The notes below the pieces were generated by a model. The model searched no databases. It worked only from the letters and a program-made list of their open reading frames with translations, and had not been told where the DNA came from. Of a DNA stretch of 64,000 bases, positions 1 through 8,956 are shown piece by piece. This stretch comes from Candidatus Latescibacterota bacterium (GTDB lineage Bacteria > Latescibacterota > UBA2968 > UBA8231), in the NCBI GenBank assembly GCA_965243025.1, contig CBDETY010000003.1, positions 2,688,001 to 2,752,000 on the forward strand. Direction: 5' to 3'. A program made the position numbers and the translations under genes. Position 1 is the first letter of the stretch. Each line of letters starts with the position of its first letter.

Positions 1-420
1 GGCCTCGACGGTTGCCCGGCCGCCGGCGGTCTCCTCCCCCCGGTACTCGATGCCCCCCTCGCGGTAGTAGCGCACGAAGCTGTCGAAGTTCCGCTCCTCG
101 ACGATGCGCCGGAAGGTCTCGACGAACTCGGTCCGCTCGGCTTCGCTGCGCCCCTCCCAGTGGTCCCCCAGCGACAGGCGGGCGAGCTCCACGAAGTCGA
201 AGGCGAGGTTGATGCGCTCCTTCACCCGCAGGCGGTGTTCGGCGGAGAGGCTGTCTGACGGGCTCGCAGCCAGTATGTCGCGGACCGCCCGGTCCTGGGC
301 CTCCAGGAAGGCGATGGCGTTTCCCGGCTCCGCCGCATCTCCGGCCGGTTCCTCCGCTCCCCCGGCGGTCCAGGCGGCCAGGACGAGGCCGGGCAGCAAC
401 AGCAGCATTCTCGATGACAT
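1..420 (-). CDS. MlaC/Ttg2D/HpnM-family periplasmic lipid-binding protein (runs off the window edge)
   Basis: Not in the ORF track. Manual translation from ATG at 420 gives MSSRMLLLLPGLVLAAWTAGG (signal peptide) ... RINLAFDFVELARLSLGDHWEGRSEAERTEFVETFRRIV, matching the MlaC FD-x3-AR-x2-LG-x2-W signature. GAGGGG RBS upstream. Confidence 0.85.
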   Translation of the reverse strand, partial: MSSRMLLLLPGLVLAAWTAGGAEEPAGDAAEPGNAIAFLEAQDRAVRDILAASPSDSLSAEHRLRVKERINLAFDFVELARLSLGDHWEGRSEAERTEFVETFRRIVEERNFDSFVRYYREGGIEYRGEETAGGRATVEA

Positions 421-431
421 GTAAACCCCCT

Positions 432-1823
432 CTATGGCCCCGGGGCGGCCCGGCCCGCGGCCGTCTCGGCAGGTCCCCGGCCCGCCGTGGGGGGCGGGTC
501 GGGCAGGCACTCGCAGTGGTTGCGCACTTCCCCCCTCTCGAGCGCCTCGCGCGTCCACACCCGCAGGTCGGCGTAGTGCGCCTCGGCGTAGGAATGGGTG
601 GAGTTGGCGTCTGTCAGTATGCCGAGACCGCGCGTCCGGCTTTTCGGTTCCCCCCCGTAGACGCGGTCGTAGTCGGCGAGCAGGTCGACCTGCTCGAACA
701 CCCAGCGCCCGAGGTTGTCCGCACCCGTCTCGACGACGAAGAACCAGGGTCTTGCAAAGCGCTTGCGGCGGTCGACCGTCCCCTCCGGCAGGGTCGTGCT
801 CCACACGTACTTGATCTGCCGGGGAATGCCCAGCCAGTTCTGGGAGAAGAAGACGTAGAGGCCGGCGGCGCTGTCGTTCGTGGGGCCGTAGCGCTCGTCG
901 CCTCCCGGGGGCAGCGACTCGGCCCGCCAGCACCAGGTCAGGATCGGGAACTTCCGGGGATTCCAGTGCGAAACCTTGAGGATGATTATCGAGCTGCCTG
1001 AATCCCGGGCCGCGAGGAAGCGCTGATCGCCGGCCGCGAGCACCGCGTACGGCTTGGGCTTGTCGCGGTCCTTGTCTCTCCAACCCCAGCCCTCGGGCAC
1101 GCGGCCGGACTCGGTGGTCGAGAAATCCTCGAGGACGACGTACGGCCGCTGCCGCATGCGCGCCTCGAGCACCGGCAGGGAGTACTCCTTTTCCAGGATC
1201 TCTTCGAAACGTCCCCGCAGCAGTTTGCTGGCGCTCCCGTCCCCGGTCTCGACGTCGACCAGCCGCCAGTCCCGCCCCTCGGCCCGCAGCTTCAGGGTCA
1301 GGGAGAGCGGCTCCCGGCCGGGCCCGGTCTCGGCTGCGACCTCCACCTCGGCGTCGCTGCCGCCCTGGTCGATCTCCACCAGGTGAAGGGAGGCCATCGG
1401 CGCCTCGCGGAGCCAGGCGGCGAGAGCGGAAATCCAGTAGGCGCGGAATTTCCCCTGCAGGCGCTCTTCGTGGCGGGCGACGAAGTCCTCGAGCTTCTCT
1501 TCGGACATGAACTTGCCGTACTCCTCAAGGGTTTCTTCGCAGTAGTCGCGGAACACCCGCCTGGTGAAGCGCTCGTGATCGACGCGGCGGCCGGCGAATT
1601 CGTCGAGGAAGCCGTCGAGGGAGGCGGTGGAATCGGCGAGGGCGGCGTTGAACCGCGCCAGGTCCTCTCGCAGCTCCACCCAGGCGGCCCGATCCGGTTG
1701 CCCCCCGGCGACGTCGCAACAGAGGGCGAGGGCTCCGCAAAGGGCGGCCCCCCTGCGCAGTGCCGGGTACACGAGGGCAAAAAGGCCGGAGCGACGGCGG
1801 GAATCCACGGCTGTCACGGTCAT
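432..1823 (-). CDS. MlaC-like domain fused to a C-terminal DUF3047 domain
   Basis: Start reassigned to MTVTAVD, which overlaps the TolC stop (ATGA). The N-half ends in MlaC-like LKLRAEGRDWRLVDVETGDGSASKLLRGRF. The C-half has DUF3047 motifs PILTWCWR, DDSAA-like NDSAAGLYV, IKYVWS, DLLADY and GILTDANST. Confidence 0.75.
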   Translation of the reverse strand: MTVTAVDSRRRSGLFALVYPALRRGAALCGALALCCDVAGGQPDRAAWVELREDLARFNAALADSTASLDGFLDEFAGRRVDHERFTRRVFRDYCEETLEEYGKFMSEEKLEDFVARHEERLQGKFRAYWISALAAWLREAPMASLHLVEIDQGGSDAEVEVAAETGPGREPLSLTLKLRAEGRDWRLVDVETGDGSASKLLRGRFEEILEKEYSLPVLEARMRQRPYVVLEDFSTTESGRVPEGWGWRDKDRDKPKPYAVLAAGDQRFLAARDSGSSIIILKVSHWNPRKFPILTWCWRAESLPPGGDERYGPTNDSAAGLYVFFSQNWLGIPRQIKYVWSTTLPEGTVDRRKRFARPWFFVVETGADNLGRWVFEQVDLLADYDRVYGGEPKSRTRGLGILTDANSTHSYAEAHYADLRVWTREALERGEVRNHCECLPDPPPTAGRGPAETAAGRAAPGP

Positions 1824-3181
1824 TCGAACGACGAGGTCATTCCCGCGGTCCGCTCCAGGCGGGCGACTGCAATGTTGAATTCGTACACCGCCTCGTAGAA
1901 CCCCTGCTCCGCCCCGGCGAAGGCCTCGAAAGCGCTGACCAGCTCCTTTACCTGCCCCGGGTCGAGCTCGTACTCGTCGCGGGCGGTCCGCAGCCAGCGG
2001 CGCGCGATGCTGCGCGCTTCCCGCGCCGACTCCAGTCCGTCCCGAGCGCGCTCCCAGTCGGCGAAAGCCCGCTCGATTTCCAGCCGGATACCCTGGACCG
2101 CTCCCCTCTCCTTGGCGCGCAACTGGTAGAGATCGGCCCGCGCCCGGGCCGCTTCCGCCTTCAGCAGTCCCCACTCGAACGACTGCCGCAGCCCGAGGAA
2201 GACCCCGCCGTTGAAATAGTTGAACTCGTCCTTGACGAAGGGATTGCGCTGGTCGGTGCGATTCGGGGCGACGGCGTAGCGCATCCCCCCGGTCAGGAAC
2301 AACTGCGGCAGGTAGGCTTTGGCGGTCGCCTCCTGCACAGCCTCCCTGGCGGCGATTCCCGCCCGCAACCGGCGCCAGTCGGGCCGCTTCCCGAAGGCGA
2401 GGGCGAACAGCGAATCCCGGGGCGGCACCTCGGACCGGGCCGGCTCGATCCACTCCTGCTCGAGCTCCAGCGGCGCATCCTCCGGGAGGCCGGCGGTCCA
2501 GGCGAGGGCCCGGCGCGCCAGCGCCTCCTGGTCGACGGCTTCCCGCCGGCGCCGCTCCAGCTCGATCAGGGCGAGCTCGAGCTTGTACGGCGCCGACAGC
2601 GGAATCGAGGGATCGTCCGGCGACACCCCCTCCCGGTGCGTGCGCAGCTCTTCACCCAGACGTTCGGCGAGGGCGGCGAGATCCCGGGCCGCGAGAAGGC
2701 CGTGGTACAGCTCCTTCACCTGCAGGGCGACGTCGAGCTCGACGCCGGCGAGCGACGACTCCTCCACCTCGACCCCGGCGGCGGCGGCTTCCCGCAGACT
2801 GCGCAGGTAGCCGAAGGTGTAGAGCGGTTGCACGAACTGCAGCTCGGTGCGGTTGAAGACCCCGAGGGAACGGAACCCGGTGGTGTCCTGCGGGGGGTTG
2901 AAAACGTCACCTTCGGCGTCCGGCGCCAGTCCCGAGGCGCTCTCGAGCCGCAGCCTCGGCAGCAGCCCGGACGCCCGGGCTTCGTCGAGACGGGCCTCTG
3001 CGCCGCGCACCCGCCATCTCCCCTCGGCGACTTCCGGGTTCTCCTCGAGGGCGCGCGCCACCAGTGCTTCCAGGGACCAGGGGGCCGCAGAAGGTGCCCG
3101 GGGAGGCTCCGGCCCCGAGGCCGACCCCGGACGCCCGGACATGGCGAGCGCCACCAGCCAGAAGAGAAGACGCGCCGGCAT
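1820..3181 (-). CDS. TolC-family outer membrane efflux protein
   Basis: Start MPARLLFW with signal peptide. SLEALVARALEENP, QPLYTFG, AYLPQLFL and C-terminal YEFNIAVARLERTAG are typical OEP repeats. Confidence 0.9.
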   Translation of the reverse strand: MPARLLFWLVALAMSGRPGSASGPEPPRAPSAAPWSLEALVARALEENPEVAEGRWRVRGAEARLDEARASGLLPRLRLESASGLAPDAEGDVFNPPQDTTGFRSLGVFNRTELQFVQPLYTFGYLRSLREAAAAGVEVEESSLAGVELDVALQVKELYHGLLAARDLAALAERLGEELRTHREGVSPDDPSIPLSAPYKLELALIELERRRREAVDQEALARRALAWTAGLPEDAPLELEQEWIEPARSEVPPRDSLFALAFGKRPDWRRLRAGIAAREAVQEATAKAYLPQLFLTGGMRYAVAPNRTDQRNPFVKDEFNYFNGGVFLGLRQSFEWGLLKAEAARARADLYQLRAKERGAVQGIRLEIERAFADWERARDGLESAREARSIARRWLRTARDEYELDPGQVKELVSAFEAFAGAEQGFYEAVYEFNIAVARLERTAGMTSSFE

Positions 3182-3183
3182 CG

Positions 3184-4242
3184 CTACCGCGGGGCGAGGT
3201 TGCCGCCGAGCCCCTCCGCCGTCCCGGCGGCGGACTCCCGGTCTTCGCCGAGGTGGACGCGAACCGAGGCGCTGGCGGCGCGGCCGAGGTACGTGAGAAA
3301 CAGCCAGCCGATCGAGATCCAGATGATCTTGCGCATGCGCTTGACGATGCCGAGGGAGAGTCCGAGAGCCGGGTTGAGTCCGAGGGTGATGAACAGGAAC
3401 ACCCCCCCTCCCTCGAGGACGCCGATGTTGGACGGCATGAAGAAGAAGAGGCTGTTGATGAGGACGGTGAGGGCCGTGATCAGGAAGGCGATCTCGAAAT
3501 CGGTTCCCGCTCCGAGGACCTCGAGAATGAGGTAGGTCTCGCAGGCTCCGAGCATCCAGCCGAGGGCGTGGAAGAACATCACCAGGGCGAAGCGCGTTTT
3601 GTGCTCCCCGTAGAAGCGGCCGATGCTGGCGTCGGTGCGGACCGCGCTGTCCATCTGGCGCGCCGCGAACTGGCCGAGGCCGACCGCCCGGAAGACCGCC
3701 AGCAGCGACGAGAACATGCTGCGGCGCTTGAGATAGAGGGCGGCCGTCAACACCGCGGCCAGCAGCCCGAGGCCGGCGAGGCCGGCCTTGACCGGAAGCG
3801 GCAGGGCCTGAGGCAGGTCCCAGTGGGCGACTACGAGGCCGAGGCCGACCAGGGTGAACATCAGGCCGGTGAAGATCTGCGCCGTCTTGTTGACCACTAC
3901 CGCGGCCAGGGACCGCGACACCGGGGACTGCTGCTTGAGCAGGAAAGCCTTGACAGGTTCGCCGCCGAGGTTGGCCAGGGGGGTCAGCTGGTTGACCGCC
4001 TCGCCGGCGAGCTTGGCCATGAACAGGGTGCGCAGGCGCGGCCGGAAGGCGTCCGGCGGGAAGGCGAAGCCCCAGGCGATGGAGTTGGTCACGTGCCACA
4101 GCAGGGCCAGCCCGAGGACGGCGGGGAACCACCCCCTCATCACCAGGAGGTTGTCGAGGATCTGTTGCAGGCCGAGAGTGCCGACGAGGTAACCGAGCAG
4201 CAGCAGGCCTAATCCCGGCAGCAGCAGGCGCAGGATCTTCAC
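3184..4242 (-). CDS. Lysylphosphatidylglycerol-synthase TM / flippase-like (UPF0104/HpnL-type) membrane protein
   Basis: GTG start overlapping the upstream stop. Multi-pass TM protein with GEAVNQLTPLANLGGEPVK and FMPSNIGVLEG motifs. Confidence 0.85.
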   Translation of the reverse strand: MKILRLLLPGLGLLLLGYLVGTLGLQQILDNLLVMRGWFPAVLGLALLWHVTNSIAWGFAFPPDAFRPRLRTLFMAKLAGEAVNQLTPLANLGGEPVKAFLLKQQSPVSRSLAAVVVNKTAQIFTGLMFTLVGLGLVVAHWDLPQALPLPVKAGLAGLGLLAAVLTAALYLKRRSMFSSLLAVFRAVGLGQFAARQMDSAVRTDASIGRFYGEHKTRFALVMFFHALGWMLGACETYLILEVLGAGTDFEIAFLITALTVLINSLFFFMPSNIGVLEGGGVFLFITLGLNPALGLSLGIVKRMRKIIWISIGWLFLTYLGRAASASVRVHLGEDRESAAGTAEGLGGNLAPR

Positions 4243-5642
4243 GGAGCCGGCTCCTCGTACCCCGGTGCGCCCTCGACCTGCAGGCGGTGGGCGCTCAGCA
4301 TCTTGCGCAGGGAGATAAGCACCCCCAGGGCCAGCAGGTGGAGACCGCCCACGGTGTACCAGTAGAGGACGGCGAAGGCGTCCGCCAGGCAGCAGACGAG
4401 GAACACGAAGGAGAAGGAATCGCGCTTGGCAATGAAGGCGGAGGGCTCGAGAAGGCGATACATGAAACCCTTCTCGCTGTCGGGAACGTCCCTCGAGTAC
4501 CCGACCAGGTATTTCTGCAGCGACCCGCTGCGGGTCTTGAGGGCGTAGGTGTACATGACACCGAGAATGACGAACAGGGCTCCGACCGCGGAGAGGGCAA
4601 GGTATAGATAGAGGGGCTGGTCTCCGTAGATGCGCTGAATCCCGAACAGGAATCCGAGGTAGGCGCACAGGTAGGCGAAGTTGTCGGTCAGGGTGTCGAA
4701 CCAGGCGCCGAACTTCGACTCGGACAGCTGCACCCGGGCGATCTCCCCGTCGCAGCGGTCGAGGACCGCGGCCAGCTGCCACAGCACCCCCGCCAGGGCG
4801 AAACCGGGGTATTCGTCCGGCCGCGATATCAGCCAGGCCCCGGCAAGCCCGGGCGGCATGACGAACAGGACGGTCACGAGGTGGGGGGAGATCCCGGTTT
4901 CGATCAGCAGCTTGCTGACCGGAATCGACATGCGGGCGTTGAGGTGCCGGGATACGGGGCCGCTGGTCGCCTTGGTGACCTGGGAGAACAGCATCCCCTT
5001 GGCCTGCCGCGAGGAGCGGGAGTCGACCACCCGCCTCCACAGCGGCTCGGCCCTGGACACCGGGGCCGTTTCCACTTTCCGGCCGGCGCAGCGGCCGGCG
5101 AGGAAATCGGTCACCGCGGGGATGGCTGCCCGGTCCGCGGCCCCCGTGCCCGCGGCGGTCAGATCCGCGGCCCCGACCTCCGCACTGCAGAGAAAAGCTC
5201 CCGTCGCCACCGGACCGCCGGCGCCGTTGAGCGGTCGCAGCCGCGCCGTTCCGCTTTCGACCGCAAGGTGGAGAGCCGGATCCTGCCGGGGGGGAAGGGG
5301 GCTGGTCTGCACCACGAGGTCGGCCCCCTGCAGGCCGCGCCCGGTCAGCCGGGAAAGCGAGGTGTGGTGGTGGACGCAATCCCCCAGCAGGAGGAGAATC
5401 CCTTCGCCGGACGGGAATGGGAGGTCGGTCCCGGTGCCCCAGGACACGATCTTCAGCTGCAGGTCGAGCCGGCGGGTGACCTTTCCCAGCTTCGTCGCGG
5501 CGCCGGCGGGGACGAGGACCACGAGTCGCTCGATCCCGGCGCGCGCCATGGTGCGGATGCCGCGCTCGAGGAGGCTCAGTCCTGCGCAGCGGCGCTCCGG
5601 CCGCACTCCCCGGTCGAAAGCGAGAATGCCGTTGCGGATCAC
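4239..5642 (-). CDS. CDP-alcohol phosphotransferase with degenerate N-terminal nucleotidyltransferase-like domain
   Basis: Complete motif DRCDGEIAR-x8-GAWFDTLTD. N-terminal AGLSLLERGIRTMARAGIERLVV resembles an NTP-transferase fold but lacks GxGxR. Confidence 0.9.
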   Translation of the reverse strand: MIRNGILAFDRGVRPERRCAGLSLLERGIRTMARAGIERLVVLVPAGAATKLGKVTRRLDLQLKIVSWGTGTDLPFPSGEGILLLLGDCVHHHTSLSRLTGRGLQGADLVVQTSPLPPRQDPALHLAVESGTARLRPLNGAGGPVATGAFLCSAEVGAADLTAAGTGAADRAAIPAVTDFLAGRCAGRKVETAPVSRAEPLWRRVVDSRSSRQAKGMLFSQVTKATSGPVSRHLNARMSIPVSKLLIETGISPHLVTVLFVMPPGLAGAWLISRPDEYPGFALAGVLWQLAAVLDRCDGEIARVQLSESKFGAWFDTLTDNFAYLCAYLGFLFGIQRIYGDQPLYLYLALSAVGALFVILGVMYTYALKTRSGSLQKYLVGYSRDVPDSEKGFMYRLLEPSAFIAKRDSFSFVFLVCCLADAFAVLYWYTVGGLHLLALGVLISLRKMLSAHRLQVEGAPGYEEPAP

Positions 5643-6412
5643 GCCGGCTCCCGCGGGGGGGCGGATTCGGCGACCGCGGCCTCGAGCCGGGTGTAGCGGT
5701 CCAGCTGGCTGCGCACGTGGTCGAGGTCCGCGGCGGTGTCGACGTCGGCGCAGGGAAGGCGGCCGATGTCGCAGTAGCTGACGTGGCGGCCCTGGTCAAT
5801 TATGCCCTGTATGGCGCTCGGGAACAGGGACTGCATGGCGCCGTCGGCCATGACGCACTCTTCGAGTATGCCGCGAATCCAGTCCGCGCCGCGGCCGCTG
5901 AACCTCATGATGCCGACCGACTCCGCGGTGGTCTCGACGGCGCTGAGGTCCTTGCCGATGCGGACGATGCCGTCGCCCTCGATGGCGACCTTCATGTCCT
6001 CGTCGTCACAGGATTCCCGCCGGCGCACCATCAGGCAGCAGGGGGAATCGGAGTGCGCCAGCAGCGGCAGCGCCGCGGGACTGAAGACGTTGTCCCCGTT
6101 GATGAGCAGGAAGTCCCCGTCCATGTGCGAGCGCGCCGCCCACAGGGAGACCAGGTTGTCGGCCACCTCGTGGAAGGGATTGGAGACCAGGTGAATCCCG
6201 ATGCTCCCCGGGTAGGCCTCCGCCGCCCGGCGAACCTGGTTCATGCGGTAGCCGCAGACCAGCACCGCCTCGCCGACTCCTGCGGTCTCGAGATTGCGCA
6301 GAAGGCGCTCGAGAATGGTGGCGTCCCCGATGGGCAGCAGGCACTTGGGCAGGCTGTCGGTGAGCGGCCGGAGCCGGCTTCCGCGGCCGGCTGCGAGAAT
6401 GATCGCTTTCAC
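5639..6412 (-). CDS. Phosphocholine/inositol-phosphate cytidylyltransferase family (LicC/IPCT-like)
   Basis: GTG start. KAIILAAGRGSRL...PKCLL, INGD, EDMKV, ESVGIMRF and ADVDT motifs. Confidence 0.9.
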   Translation of the reverse strand: MKAIILAAGRGSRLRPLTDSLPKCLLPIGDATILERLLRNLETAGVGEAVLVCGYRMNQVRRAAEAYPGSIGIHLVSNPFHEVADNLVSLWAARSHMDGDFLLINGDNVFSPAALPLLAHSDSPCCLMVRRRESCDDEDMKVAIEGDGIVRIGKDLSAVETTAESVGIMRFSGRGADWIRGILEECVMADGAMQSLFPSAIQGIIDQGRHVSYCDIGRLPCADVDTAADLDHVRSQLDRYTRLEAAVAESAPPREPA

Positions 6413-6776
6413 ACTACCGTGTCGGCGGGGCGAAGCTGAGGTTCGGAACGGAGGTCTGACAGCCGGTGAAAAACACACTCGAAGAAGGCCGAAAAACCGC
6501 CGCAACCCGGATGGACCAGGCGCCGGTGAGCGCTACCGTGGGCTGGTGAAATAAAGGGCCGCTCCTCTTTCGAAGCAGCCCCGGGCTCATGTTTGAATAA
6601 GCCAATAAAATGACGGCGGGTCAATGAGATAGCCGGAATCGAAAGGCTCATTCGGGGAGGGGTCCGAACAGCCGGGCGACCCCCTCAAAGCGGCCTGGAA
6701 CGGGATTCGAGAGACAGCCCCGGAAAGCTCGCCGCCTGTCCGTATATTTTTATCCTGCGCTTCCGGAAAGGCATGC

Positions 6777-7964
6777 TTGAACCGGGAAGAACACAGACTG
6801 CTGATCTTCGGAACCGACTTCCCCCCCGAGTCGGTCGGAACCGCTTCGTACGCCCATGCTCTCGCCACGGGAATGCAGCGACGCGGCGTGCAGGTGACCG
6901 TTCTGACCCGGGATTGCTCCGTGGCCGCGAGCGAGGCGTTCGACCGCGCCCAGCCCTTCTCGGTGATCCGCATGCGGCGGCCCCGGGGCGTTCCCGAGGC
7001 CTACCTCGCCGCCTGGGGCGGCCTCAGGCGAGCCCTGGCGGCAACCCGGCCCCACTGCCTGTGGACGACCAACGGCATGGCGGCGCGGGTCGCCGGCCTG
7101 CCGGGAATAGACCGCCGCCTGCCGGTAATCTCATCGATTCGCGGCACCGACATCCGCACCCGGCTGCCGGGGAGAGGTCCCTGGCGCAGGCTGGAGAGCA
7201 TACCCCAGCGCCGCTGCTACCGGCGCTCGGCCGCCATTGCCGCGGCGAGCGGGTACCTGCGCGAAGCCGCCATCTCCAAGGGGGTCGCCGGCGAACGCAT
7301 CTTCGTCTCCTTCTCGGCGGTCCCGGAGGAGCTGCAACAAATCGCCGACGCAGGCCCTGCCTCCCCCACCCTGGCCGAACGGGGTGCCACGGGCGCCTCC
7401 ATTCTGACCGTCGCGCGCCTTACCGATCAGAAGAAGCTCAATGTGGCGATCGCCGCCATGGAGATCGTGCAGCGCCGCTTTCCCGGAGCCGGCTACACCA
7501 TCGTCGGCGACGGCCCGGAACGCCCCCGCCTGGAGGAGCAGGCGCGGCGCCGGGGGGTGGGCGTCCGCTTCGCCGGGCAGGTCCCGGCCATGTCCGCCGG
7601 CCTGTGGCAATTCTACCGCTGCGCGGACCTGTTCCTGCTGACCAGCAGCGGCGAAGGGCTGGCCAACGTCCTGCTCGAGGCCGGGGCCTTCGGCCTCGCC
7701 AGCGTCGGCCCCTGCTCCGGGGGGGTGCCGGAAGCTCTGGTGGACGGCGAAACCGGCCTGCTCGCCGACGCGGAGGATCCCCGGCAGGTGGCCGGCAAGG
7801 TCATGCAGCTGCTCGCCGACGGCGGCGAGCGCCGCCGCATGGGGGACCGCGCCAGGCGCCGGGTGCGCTCCCTGTTCAGCGTCGACGCCCTCGCCGACCG
7901 CTGCCATCCCGTCCTCGAGTCCGTGCTCGCAGGGGCCCCGCGGGCCGTTGCAGGCAGCCGCTGA
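6777..7964 (+). CDS. Glycosyltransferase family 4
   Basis: DFPPESVG, ILTVARL..KK, IVGDGP, EGLANVLLEA (Ex7E) and GGVPEAL.DGETG. Confidence 0.93.
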   Translation: MNREEHRLLIFGTDFPPESVGTASYAHALATGMQRRGVQVTVLTRDCSVAASEAFDRAQPFSVIRMRRPRGVPEAYLAAWGGLRRALAATRPHCLWTTNGMAARVAGLPGIDRRLPVISSIRGTDIRTRLPGRGPWRRLESIPQRRCYRRSAAIAAASGYLREAAISKGVAGERIFVSFSAVPEELQQIADAGPASPTLAERGATGASILTVARLTDQKKLNVAIAAMEIVQRRFPGAGYTIVGDGPERPRLEEQARRRGVGVRFAGQVPAMSAGLWQFYRCADLFLLTSSGEGLANVLLEAGAFGLASVGPCSGGVPEALVDGETGLLADAEDPRQVAGKVMQLLADGGERRRMGDRARRRVRSLFSVDALADRCHPVLESVLAGAPRAVAGSR

Positions 7965-8829
7965 ATTGGCCGATCCCGACGCCGGCCCCGGCCTCCGCCT
8001 GAAAGCCGCCCTGCTCAAGAGAGCCCCGGTACGGAGGGCCGCGGCGGTGCTCGGACGCGACCTCGAACCCCGGCGGTGGATCTTCGTCATCGGCTGCTAC
8101 AACTCCGGCACCACCCTGCTGAGCCGCATGCTCTCCCGCCACCCCGGAATCGCCGCGCTCCCGAGCGAAGGGGTGCGGTTCGCGGACGGACTGCCCCGCC
8201 CCGAGGAGTTCGGCTGGAACCGGATGTGGTGCCGCTGCCTCGACCGGGTGCGGCTCGCCGGGGATCCGGGGGCGGCGCAGCGGGCGCGGCGGATCAAGCG
8301 GCAGTGGTCGCTGCTATACCCCAGGAACGCCCCCAACCTGCTGGAGAAGTCGATCGCCAACAGCGCCAGGATCCCCTTTCTCCACCAGTTCTTCCAGCCT
8401 GCCTTCTTCGTCTACATCATCCGCAACGGGTACGCTGTTGCCGAGGGGATCCGGCGCAAGGCGCTTCCGGGCAAGTGGGGAAACCCCGAATACCCGGAGC
8501 GCTACCCGATCGAGCTGTGCGCCGAGCAGTGGCGGGCATCCGACGACCTCGTCGAGGCGGACCGCGTCCATACGGAGCGGTTCCTCCGCATCCGCTACGA
8601 GGAGCTGACCGCGGCCCCGGAGGCAACCGCGGGAAAGGTGACCGGCTTCCTCGGACTGGAGCCGCTGCCGGCAGGGGCGCTGCTGTCGCGGTGGCGCATC
8701 CACGGGGTCGAAGCAGAGATCCGCGACATGAACCGCGACAGCATCGGCAGGCTTTCCGCCGACGACATCGCCGCCATCGACCGGGTCGCCGGAGCAGCCC
8801 TGGCGAGGAACGGGTACCAGGCGGAATGA
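7948..8829 (+). CDS. PAPS-dependent sulfotransferase
   Basis: 5'-PSB loop FVIGCYNSGTTLL, LLEKS, 3'-PB IIRNGYAVAEG and RYEEL. Overlaps the GT4 stop. Confidence 0.9.
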   Translation: MQAAAELADPDAGPGLRLKAALLKRAPVRRAAAVLGRDLEPRRWIFVIGCYNSGTTLLSRMLSRHPGIAALPSEGVRFADGLPRPEEFGWNRMWCRCLDRVRLAGDPGAAQRARRIKRQWSLLYPRNAPNLLEKSIANSARIPFLHQFFQPAFFVYIIRNGYAVAEGIRRKALPGKWGNPEYPERYPIELCAEQWRASDDLVEADRVHTERFLRIRYEELTAAPEATAGKVTGFLGLEPLPAGALLSRWRIHGVEAEIRDMNRDSIGRLSADDIAAIDRVAGAALARNGYQAE

Positions 8830-8956
8830 GGAGCCTGAATGCCCGGGACGCCGCTCCCCCCGGAGGGCTCCGTCGTGGAAGGGACCTGCCGCGGCGGAGA
8901 CGGGACACTCGAGGATCCCGGGTCCGCTCCATGCCTGGAAACGGGATGGTCGCCTG

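Noticed and set aside
3184-5799. Apparent long fusions in the ORF track (871 aa here, also 770 aa at 1820-4132 and 673 aa at 432-2453)
   Set aside because: The N-terminal parts are off-frame read-through of upstream genes. The real starts sit at the stop/start overlaps (4242, 3181, 1823).
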